Assembly: GCA_039545335.1 (NCBI GenBank)
Contig: BCIN01000001.1
Coordinates: 186,001 to 250,000, forward strand
Source: Kondoa subrosea
Taxonomy: Eukaryota
Direction of reading: 5' to 3'
Length of the DNA: 64,000 bases
The notes under the pieces are model-generated. The model saw only the letters and a program-made list of their open reading frames with translations. It was not told the DNA's origin and did no database searches. Below are positions 1 through 12,700 of this stretch, piece by piece. The translations under genes were made by a program, and so were the position numbers. Each line of letters opens with the position of its first letter. Position 1 is the stretch's first letter.

Positions 1-1358
1 GATTGGCACTCTTTACATTGAACCTGAAAAGAGAGAACGCCGTGGAGCAAACTACAACGTCGATCGCTACTATGTGGATGCTATGTCTACCGGTGTCAGA
101 AAGGGCCCCTTGCCTAAAGGACTCGTCAAACCGCCAACTACTGGTGTGAAGCGATACGATTTCCAATTCTTCCCGCCGAGATTGTATGCCTTAGTAGATA
201 AGGAATTGGCTCATTTCAGAGTGAGTTATTTGGTCACCATGATGAAAGGCGATTTGACCTGATTTACATCGAAAGAAAACGCAAAATTATGTTGTGCCTT
301 TGGTTGAATCCAAGACGAAAACTACTGCAGAACAGGAAGCTGAGCGTGCAGCTGAACAGAAGGTCATTGATGATGGTAAGGTGGCTTGTCCATCACCTGG
401 CGTAGCTAAGGCTCTGTTCAGCTATTCCACTGACTGAAGAAGAGGAGGAAGAGAAGAATTCTTTGCTGTCTCAAGGTTTCGAAGACTGGCAAAAAAGGCA
501 TTATCAAGCTTTCATTCGCGGCGCTGAGCAATTCGGAAGGTAAGGAGATGTTTCTCCTCGTCTTCGTCGCTGATTGATTTCTTCATCTGATAGGGATGAT
601 TACGAAAGTATTCAAGCGAAAGAACTTCCAGACAAAACTGTCGAAGATGTTGCAGCCTATGGCAAAGTGTTCTGGCAGAGATACAAGGAGATCGAGGACT
701 ACGAAAGACAGCTCAAGAAGATCGAGGATGCTGAAGCGAAACGAGAGAAGGAACGATATATTGAGCGATTGGTCAAAGAAAAGGTTGAATCAACGCGTCA
801 TCCTTTCCAGCAGCTAGTCGTGGCCTATGCGAGTGAGTTGATTTTCCCGCTCTGCTCCAGTCAATCTCATAGATTTGGCAGATCAAACCAAAGGCAAGAC
901 TTATACTGAGGAAGAGGATCGCTTCTTGCTCGTTCAGCTCAACAAGTATGGTTTGACTTCGGAAGGCGTCTATGAAAAGATCAAGAAGGATATCAGCAGC
1001 TGGCCTGCATTCCGCTTCGATTGGTCTGTTCAGTGAACCATGCGAAGGATTATCTGATTGTGAATGTTGACCGACAGGTTCATCAAATCTCGTACTCCTA
1101 TCGAATTGCAGCGTCGCTGCACGACTCTCGTATCCCTTGTGCAAAAAGAAGCCGTAAGCCGTCCATTACAGTTCAGGACTTTCGCTCATAAATTTACAGG
1201 AAGAAAACGAGCCCAGCGAGAAGCCCAAAACTGGACGCAGAGCACCAGTCAAAAAGGAGAGCACGCCTGTCGCTTCCACTTCCAATGGCCGCAAAAGGAA
1301 GTCAGCCGGAGGCGGAGAGTCTGAAAAGCCTGCTCCGAAGAAGAGGTCAAAGAAGTGA
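1..1358 (+). CDS. ISW2: ISWI-family chromatin remodeling ATPase, C-terminal HAND-SANT-SLIDE region (5'-truncated by window, multi-exon)
   Basis: Spliced exons give IEPEKRERR, DFQFFPPRL, PLTEEEEEEK..LLSQGFEDW, YTEEEDRFLL, FRFDW/FIKSRTPIELQRRCTTL, then a basic tail ending KKRSKK-TGA at 1356-1358. ISW1 and ISW2 cannot be distinguished from this part. Confidence 0.93.
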
Positions 1359-1741
1359 TTTTTGCTACTTCAATTCTCCCCTTGTATTACCTGTATTGCA
1401 TATAGATGAGGCTGACATACTCACACCCGGTATTGATCATTCGAAACGTTTATCACACATAGCATGCAAAGAAACACTTAGGCCCCCATCATTTGACGCA
1501 GAATAACGACCTTGACCTGCTCAAAAGAGCTAATCCAATGTGCAAGTCTCTCCTTATGCCGTAGCCTCGTACTATTTTAGGGACTGCAGAGTGTAGAAAG
1601 CAGCTCAGTCGCAATCAGGCTCTTGAAACTCGACGTTTCCAAAAGTCTCAGTGTATCCGTCAATTTCGTTGCCTTTCTTGTGTGCTCTTCCGCTTCTACT
1701 ACTCTGGAGTCTGCGCTCCAAGTTATGCTCTACCTAAACAA

Positions 1742-2939
1742 ATGTCTTTCCTGTCAGACCTGCACCGAGTCGCGTATGAGTATCCTGCCAATCAAAGGGC
1801 TTTCTTTGACTTGGGAGTTGTAGTGTTCAAGTTCATCCAGTCGTTCAAGGGTCACTCGCGGACGCGATGTCTGGGCATGTTGCTAGCACAGAATTGCAAA
1901 AGCACAAGCATGCTCTGAACCGCATCAAGGGTCAGAAGAGCGGACTAAGCTTGCCTGAATTGGACTCGAGTAAGCCTTTATGATTACTGCCTACCATTGC
2001 TGTTCCTAATCTTCAGCTCAGAATGGTTCCTCGATTGCTGGCAACGGCGAATTTGGCCTCAAAAGCAGAGGCATCTCCAGGTTCTTGGATTGCTAGGTTT
2101 GGGATCCTTGGATCGCCCATATTTTCCTCAAAAGAGCACAAGCGGGACGGCTACGCATTTTCTGGAAGAAGCAACATCTTCCAGTTGGACCCAATTACTG
2201 CTGTTTCTCAATCTCAAGACCACATGGGTGAGTTGCGCTTGCACCACTACCGATGACCGCTCTCATGACGCGGACGAACCCCCTCTAGCTGAATACCATC
2301 CCTGAAGCATTGCCTCGGTTCGACTTCATCTGCGAACCGGCCCTGACACATTCTCATCCGCACTATCCCTTTCAGCCCACTACAGCAGGAGTAACATCTG
2401 ATATCCAAGCGCTCTGCAGTCTTGGTGTCAATGCTATGCCTTACCATTTCGATGCACGAGATTCAGACAGAATACATCTAAGCAACCCGGTCTTGAATGA
2501 TCCTGCTTGTCCGGCTCCTTCGTCGATCTCCACGGCAGGCTTATTCGGTACTTTGACTTGTCTGGATCTATCTGGAACGCCTTTTGAGCTTGCTCACAAT
2601 ACGATAGAATGGGCATCTAATCACAACCGTCTGCAGAACCTCATTCTCATACCCGATCTGGAGTATATCAAGATGCAAGCAAGAAACAGGAATAGAACCA
2701 AAGCAGCTGCCATCGCATCAAACAGTACAAGTCATGGCAGACCCGATATCAATATGAATGTCCCTCAACGTCTTTCTCAACATCTTGATAATAATTATTT
2801 CAACCTGCAACAACAACAGCGCAGAATCGTCTGGTGGAACACTCAGGATATAGCAGCAATCAAGCAGCGATTGGGAAAAGAGGTATGTACCCTTTTAGAA
2901 CGGCTGTACTATCGCTCATCAATGCATCAGGTCCAGTAA
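1742..2939 (+). CDS. Hypothetical protein (multi-exon; start and exon structure uncertain)
   Basis: Successive ORFs 1682-1918, 2023-2256 and 2310-2939 are separated by intron-like segments (e.g. GTGAGT at ~2228). No family recognised. Confidence 0.4.
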
Positions 2940-3049
2940 TGACAAGGGCATCAATCTGTCTATATGTTGAATATCATCATTCGCAAAAACATCTACAAAA
3001 GCATACCACGCTAATATATCTCTTGAGCTGATTTGTTTATGATGGCACT

Positions 3050-4200
3050 ACACTGATATTGATGGCCAATTGAAGTATGCTCGACAAGCCTGAAGTATTC
3101 ATGTAAGTGAAAGAAGAAGATTCAGCCCGATCGAAAGCATACCAGAGTGCGATCCAAAAGATCAGTCAAACACTGTGAAAGTGGAAGAACTTGATCCGTA
3201 GCAATACACATGAGAAGATAAGCCAGCTGTGAAAGCAGAGGGATGTCAGTATTGAGACGCAAGAAGGTCCACTTTCCAAATGACTGACATTACGTGTGAC
3301 AGCGACCAAGTAATCGTCATCTATCATAACTCGCTTGATCTCCAACTCTCCGGGGTCCGAAAGACTTTTACTACCCATATTCGTATCGAAGTGCAATTTG
3401 CAGTAGTAACGTGAAAAAGCTTCAGCTGGATTGCCAATATTGATCTCAGTTGGACCGATGATGATGTGGACATAAGGGGACAACGTACGATATGCACAGG
3501 CATAGAAAGAGAACAGCCTTTGAAATTGTAAAGATCCTCGAAGCGACCGTATACGGCTGACCGCTGGTATTGTCAAAGGTCCGACAGACGCCATCTTCTG
3601 CGGAACCAGATAAGTGACATGATCTGATACGCTAGAGTCATTAGCATTCGCGCAAACACGCGATCTGCTATGCTTGTACGCACCAAAGATGCATTGCATT
3701 TCCGCTCGAAGGTTGCAAACAGCCGAAATGGTTTCATGCTCTTCCAGAATTACTTCTGCTTCCTGTATATGCTTGCATGGAAGGGATAGAACTCTGAATA
3801 CACTTATTTATCAGATCTTACATGCTTGATGAAATATCGACAGCCTTACGTTATCAAGATCTTGCGCACTAGGTGGATACAAGTAGAGTCGGATGGATGC
3901 ATTGTCATTATACCTTATACCAATGCAAGAATTAGGACAAGATAGTTGCGGAACAGACTGTTCTGAATCCGTTTGCCGTTTCAACATTATAACAGCACCA
4001 AACAGCTTATTGTCAATGCGACCGGTCACAGATGATGTACGATGCAGGCAAGATGCGAAGTGATACCGTGAAAGACGAACAGAGACGAGATCAAAAGGAA
4101 GAGTTTTGATACATATAAAATGAGATGAATGAAGCCAACCAAAAGACCTCAACCCAAGCCTAAAGGCCGCCCATATGCTGGCAGAATCTGCACACATCTG
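3050..4200 (-). CDS. Hypothetical protein (boundaries approximate)
   Basis: Minus-strand ORFs of 128 aa and 177 aa with globular composition, separated by a short intron-like gap. No family confidently recognised. Confidence 0.35.
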
Positions 4201-4386
4201 CTATTGCACAAGCTCAAAGGACTAAGAGATGCTCGACACCGTTGTTTTCGGACGACAGGCCAGCTGACCTGGCTTGGTTAGACACGAACACTTCTACCGC
4301 GTGCATACCTATATCTAGTCGCTAGTCACTTATACCCAAGCCTGCCTCTGAATCATTCACGCCCGCACCTGCTTTCGGTCTCATAA

Positions 4387-5402
4387 ATGTCAACATCCGC
4401 GCTTTCCTGTTTGTCTCGCGTCTCTCCCTGCCATTATCTTCATAAGAGCCTTATGTCATACATTGTGTGTGTGTGTTGATTAGGGGATGAAGCACGAAGA
4501 CGAACGAGATCTTTAGAGAACGCTTTAGAAACTTCATTAACCAATTTCAACAAAGCTGCAGCTCAAGCTTCAAACGCTTATTCTTCTTCTGGTTCCCTTT
4601 CTTCTGATTTGAAAGAGGAATACAAACGATTAGAAGAGGAGATCAAGGATGGGTTAATCAAGGTACATTGTTCGCCCAGGTAGTGAGATTGGTTCTCATT
4701 TCATTTGGGTGATGGCGTACAGCTGGAAGGATTGGTAGATCAAATGACTGCTCTTGTTGACAAAGACCCGAAATCTACTACAACTATGCAACATACTGCA
4801 AGAAGACATGAAGAGATTCTATCAGATTACCAAAGAGATTTCAAACGAACTCAAGTAAGCTTTCCCTCTCCTTCTTCTTCTTGCTACTTCAATCGCTCAA
4901 GATTGGTTTTAGACATCATTAAGAGAAGCGGAACAAAGATCTAATCTTCTAGGAAGTGTACGAGATGAAATTTCCGCATTCAAGGCATCTACTTCTTCTT
5001 CTTCACCTGATACCGATCGATTACTTTCCGAACGAGGGCATATTGATTCAAGTCATCGAATGGCAGATGATATACTAGGGTCAGCATGCATTCCAGGCTA
5101 ATTCGCTTTTAAATTAGTCTAAAACGTGTGCTGACAGGCAAGCTTACGAAACGCGATACGAGTTTTCTCAGCAGAGGAATATGTTGAGTGGGGTCAACGC
5201 AAGGATGGGAGGTGTACTAGGCAAGTTTTCTTGCTCTTCAGCTCAATACCAGGGCTAAGAGATCCAAAAACTTGCAGCTTCTATGCCTGGTATCAATTCT
5301 CTACTGAATATGATCAACGCGAGACGGAGGAGGGACTCTTTAATATTGGGAGCAGTAATAGGAGTACTAGTAGTGTTTTTGTTATGGTATGCAACGAGAT
5401 GA
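4387..5402 (+). CDS. GOS1: Golgi SNARE Gos1 / GOSR1
   Basis: MSTSALS/WDEARRRTRSLENAL, RHEEILSDYQRDFKRT, LLSERGHIDSSHRMADDILG/QAYETR, MPGINSLLNMINARRRRDSLILG followed by a C-terminal TM helix; stop at 5400-5402. The last intron (5221-5277) is GC-AG. Confidence 0.93.
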
Positions 5403-5545
5403 TTGGACTTTTTCAGCATTAAACTTATATACATTTGTGTCTTGGTGTATTTCCTTGTTTCTTTCCTTCCTTAATGAGTCTATTGTCCTCTATTGATGCG
5501 GGAACTTGCCATCTCGTGTCGCATTCGCTTTGAATTGTCGAAAGA

Positions 5546-7762
5546 TTACAGTTCTTTTCGCAAACCTTTCTTCTTCAGAGCTTTGTTCTTTGTCTCTTGA
5601 GGTGCATTTGTAGGGATGCCGTTAGCGTCTTTGTGTTTAATCTGTCAGAAAAAGATGTCAAACATCAGCTTATGCTGATTTGCCTCAGCTTCTAACTGAC
5701 CGTCAGACAATTGATATCAAAGTAATCGCAGATCTATACGAGGAGCCAAGTCATCAGCCTAAAATTTGGCCACTCAAACTGAAACCACGCACCTCTCCAA
5801 CCACATCATAAACAAAGAAAGCATACGCAGCAAAGGAAGCAATCAAACCCATATAAACAGCAACCAACGCTTTCCTTTCCGTCCTTTGGAAAGCGTATTC
5901 ATGACCCTGCATACCGAAATACGCATCCACAGCACCAACAAAACTAACGACTTGCAAAATGTTGAACCAAGGGAAAGATTGTTCCGTCGTATGAGCTGTA
6001 ATGAGGATTCCTACTTGATATGCGAAAGCTAAGCAATAATAGAGTGAGAAAGCGACTAGATGACCGTTGGCTTTGATTGAAGGTGCGTTGTAGAGCCAGA
6101 TACAGTTACATGCTGCTTGGAAGACGAAGGGCAAGAGACCGAACGCTGGAGTGATGAGATTCAGTCCCTTTTTACGACGAGCTACGATGACATTTCGGTA
6201 GCTGAGATAGCGATTAGATTAGGCTTTGTATCGATTCAATGGAAAGGGAAAATACCTGGAAACAATGTTGAAGAGAACGCCAACAGAGCCAAAGATAATG
6301 AAGCATTCGTTGAGAGGCAGATCCTTGAGGCCAAGTGTCTGCACTATGCTAGTATCACGGATGCCCATAGTAGAGAAGATGCCTTGATCCCAGAAAGTTG
6401 GACCTAAATCTAACTTAGCATGAACAGTCATAAGTAACTACGTGCCTACCTTTGAAGCCAGTGATGATGAAGAGGACAATAATGATCAATATGCCTTCAA
6501 TTGGGCCAGAGAAAGCGCTGAGGAATAGAGTCTGTGCAGATGCGCGACCGAAATCACCAACAGACTGATATCAGGTCGCCTTCACTCACGCCAGTATGAT
6601 ATTCTTCCCACGTTGATAAATAGAAGTTTCCTATTGTACCAACTTGGATCAAGACAGTCCACCAACTCTGTCCTAGGTTCAAGGCTGAGGCGGTTAGTAG
6701 TGTTTCCAGCTGTAGAAGAAAAGGACGTATAAGCACTCGCAAAGTACTACAAGCTTGACTGCTCTACAGTAGTATTGATAGCATCGCACTGTCAATGAGT
6801 TGCTATTGTTTAGCTCATAGCAAGAGCAAACTCAGGACCACACTCACACCATGATCGAACATCTCTCCTAGTGGACCAGAAGTCCCAGTTCTTCTAGCTT
6901 GCTTTCCATCAATCGCATCCAAACTTTGGTACATCCAAAGCCCGATAGCCCATCTAATCATTTTCCCCGATTAATCAATGATGTGAATGCTTTCAATAGG
7001 CAGTACAAAATTTACGAGAAATAGATCCAACTTCCAGGACAAGTCATCTCTTGCGTATAATTCACAGGTAAGATGACGCCTAATTTACTTTGCGCCCAAC
7101 CTATCGAATTTTGGTAGAGGGTATGATTTCTATTGCTCGTGAACAATGGATCCCAAGAGCCGCCAAGTGCCTGTAGTCATATTGAACCAATCAATAACAG
7201 TTATCGAGATTTGATTGCGATATGATCTACCCTATGTAAAGGTTTCTCGGAGCATGTTAATGCTGGAAGGAAGATAAGCATAGTGACGACATTCAAGCCG
7301 ACGATTGTCAATCCCTGGTACATATACATTAGACATGTATTGAAAGGAGTGAGCTACAAAGCGCACCAATAAGGTTATCGCATTTGGTGCCATGCCCAAA
7401 GGGAAGAGTTTGACCAGACCATCTACATCATCATCGCTGTCAATTCGATGCTTCATACTAAAACGAGGAAAAAAGCCTACTCCAGTAAGGCGAAAGAACA
7501 TATTTCTGCCCTCGAAGCAATTTCAGCATGACCCAAATCACAACATTCTCATGCAAAGGAATGCCCAGCTGACACTCAATATAGACTTGTCTAGACCACT
7601 GTACTTGTAGTTGGATAGATTCTTCCGCTTGCTCGAAGGTATAAAGAAAGATTTCTGATACACAACAACTTGGATCAAGCTTCTGGCTGATCTGATAAAG
7701 GGACTAACGCCTCTTCGGACTCTGTTGAGCCCTCTGGCTGGAGAAATCTCAGAATCAGCCAT
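5546..7762 (-). CDS. EPT1: Choline/ethanolamine phosphotransferase (CDP-alcohol phosphatidyltransferase, EPT1/CPT1 family)
   Basis: [44 protein letters not shown] (CDP-alcohol motif), [12 protein letters not shown] and multiple TM segments. Start codon tentative. Confidence 0.92.
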
Positions 7763-8235
7763 GTTCCTTCGAATTGGAAGTTGGCTGCAACAAGTCAACC
7801 GAAACGTGACGTTTTGGAAATTATGTGATACACTCGTGATACAAAGGTCACAAAGCTGGAGAGATTTACAGTGCTATCTACACATGCACGGAAGCAGCGC
7901 ATTCAGCAGATATACCAGCAAACGGGCTTTAGTGCCAACGGGTCCTCAGCGATTGACCCCTGCGAGCAAAGCCTATTATTCGTACCGGACGACGTACTTG
8001 CTAGTGACAGCTGATTAGGATAGCTGCGATACCCGGACAAATCCAGAACTGACAGGCAAACTGATGCTCCAGCATCCCGTTGAAGGCCTGGTTTCTCGTT
8101 ATTGATTCAGACACATGTGAGACTGTGCGGGGAAAACATACCCATCAGGAAAGCTGAAAGGTAATTGAGTCCGCGCACCTATCCAAAAGCTCGGGAGCGA
8201 AACCTCTTACGGACATGAATCGAATCTTGCTTCTT

Positions 8236-9028
8236 CTACCATCCCCAGAAACTTCCTCCCGCTGCTGGAGATGCGCCAGAAGTACTTTGTCTTCTTCCAG
8301 TATAGCCAGCTTCTTTCCGCTCTGTCGGAGTAACAAGTATTTCAAGGGGATACTGCAAAGATAGAACTTAGAACAATGACAGCCCCAATGCTGAGCTTAT
8401 ACGCACAGGAGATATATCACTCGACGTAATCGGAGGAAGATGATCCTTCTCTGCACAATACTCGAGCATCCTCATTTGAAAAGCAACAAGCTGTTCCCGT
8501 GTGACGGCATCGATTTTATTCCGTTCTGTCAAATACAACGGACTTCACTACTCGAGTCACACGAGTATGTATAGAAGCAAGAGAAGACTGACCTCTTTCT
8601 GTATTACCATGCAAAACAGTAACATTGATTTCCCAAACTTCAAAAGGTTCATCTTCCGAAGAAGGTGTATGAGCGAACCAACCACTTTTCTTTTGGATTC
8701 GTTTCTCATTGAATCGAACAGAGATTCGGAACTTGCTTCCTCCTGAGTTCCAAGCAGTTTCAACACGCGTTTCTACTAAGTTGATAATGGATGATTCTTG
8801 GATAGCGCAAAAGGTTAAGTTGTGTACGTCGATAGTACGAGGAGATAAAGTGCCTGTGTACACGGCGAGCAGAAGAGCGAATGAGAAAAGCTTAAGAGAA
8901 ATGATAGACATAAGGTGAAGCGGACCAAGAACTCTTTGAAACAGGATGGCATGAAGGACAGCAGTCAAGACTGCACGCTCTGAAGTGCGTTCGATGGTCA
9001 GATCTAGAGGATAGTGCTTAGGCGACAT
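8236..9028 (-). CDS. ATG101: Autophagy-related protein 101
   Basis: VLHAILFQRVLG.LSP, ISVRFNEKR..KKSGWF (WF finger), EPFEVWEINV, KDHLPPITSSDISP/YPLEI; stop at 8236-8238. Confidence 0.88.
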
Positions 9029-9719
9029 AGCGGCAGCAGAGAGACTAGAGAAGCTCGAAGGGGGTTGATTCCAAACAAGGATAACAATGGCTTCTTTCCG
9101 TGCTGTTGTTGGATCATACACATACACCGAGCCTCTTATACCTCTGCTGCCTGCCTCTACATCCTCCTGAAGTCTCAAGCGAATTCGATGGAATTGTCTT
9201 GAATGGCTGACGAATGGATCTTGGCGACACTCTCCCGCTTAATGCATTATACACAAGGCCAGAGCTACAGATCTACGCTAGATGCCCAGACTCCGCTCTG
9301 GTACGGCAGAACCAGCCTCAGAGATAATTGACAAATCCGGCCATCTTTCGAAATTTGCCTTACCCGTCCTTAACTTGCCTTATGCAGCTTCATATCTGTG
9401 ATCTGCTAGCCTCAAAAATGAGCAGACAATTAAAAGTCAAATCGCACAGCTCCAGATTGGAGGCTTTCATACTGGGTTCTTCATAACTTTCATTCGGCTT
9501 TACTTTCTCTTCTCACTTCCTTCATTCATTCGTACCCTCTGAAGAGATCCAGATACTGTGGTTGTGTTATCTGTCTCTTCGCCCTCACCAAACACAAGAA
9601 GCTTACACGCTAGCTCCACTTTGCTTTTCAAATCAAGCAAACCTTTTACATATTCCCAAAGTCCTCTGGCAGGCATTAGATACTATCACTAATACTTCAA
9701 TCACTTTCTCAATACAACA

Positions 9720-12700
9720 ATGAAGTCCAATCAACTACTACTAGCTACCTCACTTGGTCTCTTGTCTCTAGTATCAGCAAACGATGTCTCCCCTACTTCT
9801 CCTGCAGAACATACGCTAGCTAAGAAGGGCTTGGGTAGTCTATGGTGTGCTTTGACTTCTGGTTTCGCTATGGATCAATGGGGAAATTGTGTGAATACGG
9901 TCACCGATGAGAACAAGTAAGTCTAGTCTTTAGTGATGTACACACATCCTTCTGACTAACATTTTGTCTATCAGTTGTGGAAAGGCTGGCAATGTCTGTC
10001 AAGTGCCTACCAATGGTGGTACACAATGTCTGAACAGCGCGTAAGTACTTGTCACCTGTCTTTGCTTTGCCTTGAGACTAAAATCGTTTCTTCAAGTTGC
10101 ACCTATACTTGCAATTACGGTTACTCGTATCAAGCCGTCAACGGCGTTCCTACATGTGTCGCAACTCTATCAGATCCTAACAAGTAAGTCCTTGTCTAAT
10201 CTTTTTTGGTCTCAATTGCTAAACAAATGAAAATCAGCTGCGGAGCACCCAAGAAAGTATGTCCAGCTCCAGCAAACGGTTTTGCTACTTGCACGAATGG
10301 TGGATGTGGATCTGCTTGCAACCCTAACTACTACTGGTACAATAAAGCTTGCCAAGATGGCAGATCAGACATTCAAAATTGCGTATGTTTTCATGTTGAT
10401 TGTAATTGTTTCCTCTGTTCTGATGAGATTGATTAGGGACGCCAATCTAATTACTGTACTGTACCTGCTAATGGTCAAGCTTCGTGCACGAACGGAAACT
10501 GTGGAATAACGTGCAACAAAGTGAGTCAACAGCATTTCCCATTTGTTTTATTCGTAAGCTTATACATGGTCTGAAAGGGTCTTACTGCTGTTGGATCTAC
10601 TTGTCAAGATTTAACAACCAGTGTCATGAATTGTGGAGGCAATGGTCCTTGTTATGGAAGCGGCACACTCTCAAACGGATTGGCTTCGTGCAGTGGTGGT
10701 AAATGTCAAGCTAGCTGCAACTATGGCTATACTTTCGATGGCACAGGGTCTTGTGTCAATACTGCAGGTGACGCAATGGTGTGTTCCTCTTTCATCTTTT
10801 TAGTTTCTTCTGGATCTAATTGTTTTTTGCCCTATGTTAGAACTGCGGTGGCCTGAAGAAAGCTTGCCCTACTGATCCAAATGGAACTGCAAAATGCAAT
10901 GGAGGCAATTGCGGCATGGTATGCAACGCCAACTACTTCCTTTCTGGCGGTACTTGTCAATCAACCCAAAACGATGCACTCAATTGTGGTAGACAATTTA
11001 ACGCTTGTCCTGCACCTGCTGGTGGAAGTGCAACATGCTCAAACGGATTATGTGGTCAATCTTGTCCATCTGGTTGGGCTTTGAGCGGTTCTGGATCAAC
11101 TGCTACTTGCGTTTCTACTCAAAATGATCCCATGAATTGCGTAAGTTTTTTTCAGTCAGGTTCAACTTCAAGTATAGAGTAATTGATTTCCATCGCAATA
11201 GGGCTCTGCTGGCACGAAATGCTTCGGATCTGGTACTATCGCAAATGGTCTAGCTACCTGCTCTAACAGCAAATGTTCAGCAACCTGCAATTACGGTTAC
11301 AGCTTTGACAACGTTTCCAAGTGCGTTGCTACATCAGGCGATATCAACAACTGCGGTGGTGTGAACAAGAAATGCACTCCACCCGCTAACGGCAAGGCAA
11401 CATGCACAAATGGGAACTGTGGCTTCACGTGCAATGACAACTACTTTGCAAGCGGTAGCACATGTGCTAGCAGCTCTCAAGACATCAACAATTGTGGTAG
11501 TGAGTTGTTCTGCTGGTTTGGTTTGGTCTTCTAGAAAACTGACGGAATATCTTTAGGACAATTCAATGCTTGCCCTGCTCCAGCAAACTCGCAAGCAACC
11601 TGCTCTGGTGGTAAATGTGGTTTCAACTGTGCACAAGGATACACTCAATCGCAAGATGGACTTTCCTGCTCGAATATGTCATCTGATCCAAACAAGTGAG
11701 TTGCACGGCATCTTGCTCTTTTGTGAAAGCTGACATATCCTTACTCAGCTGCGGACGCTCTGGAAGCCAATGCTCTGGCGATGCTAATGGAACACCTACC
11801 TGTACAAATGGACAGTGCGGGATCGCCTGCAATCCTGGTTATGATTACGCCAGCTCTCAAGACTTATTTGGCGCTATTTTCGGAGTTTCGGGAGGAAGTT
11901 GCATTCCTACTCAGAATGATCCTAACAATTGTGGAAGAGCTGGATATGTCTGTCAAAACCCTGCGAATGGGGACCCTACTTGTACGAATGGATCGTGAGT
12001 CGCATGCTTCGTAATTCCTTGTCTTAATCAGACTGACCTCTTTTCCTTGTAGTTGCGGTGTCTCTTGTTATGACGGTTACTTCGCCGTCGGAAACTCTTG
12101 TCAAAGCACTAGGTCCGATATCAACAACTGTGGACGGCAATACAGCGTCTGCCCTCAACCAGCAAATAGTCAAGCTATATGCTCGAGAGGTCAATGCTCT
12201 TTCACTTGCGCCGATGGATACGACCAGAAGGGTACTTACTGTGTCGCCACTACTTCCGATCCAGCCAATTGCGGCAGAGCTGGACGAGTTTGTCCGACTC
12301 AAGCTAATTCCAACCCTACTTGCTCTAATTCGCAATGCGGCTACAAATGCTGGGATGGGTATGCAGACAATGGCAGTCAATGTGTCGCAACTACCAATGA
12401 TGTAAACAATTGGTTCGTACATATTTTACGTTTCCGCTTGTCTTGCTAATCTTTTTTTACTTCACACAGTGGAGGTGTTGGCAAAAGATGTCCCGATAAC
12501 ATTGCAAACGCTTCACCTGTCTGCAGTCAGAGCACGTGCTCCTTCACCTGCGATTCCGGTTATTCTCTCTATAATGGACAATGCATCGACACTTCATGCG
12601 ACATCAACAACTGTGGTGCTCCAAACAACAGATGTCTTGTTCCAACGAATGGTGTATCGGCCAGCTGCAGAAACTCTCAATGCTCTGCAACTTGCAAAAG

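Noticed and set aside
4464..4476. (TG)n microsatellite
   Set aside because: Short, lies within the first GOS1 intron, and is unremarkable.
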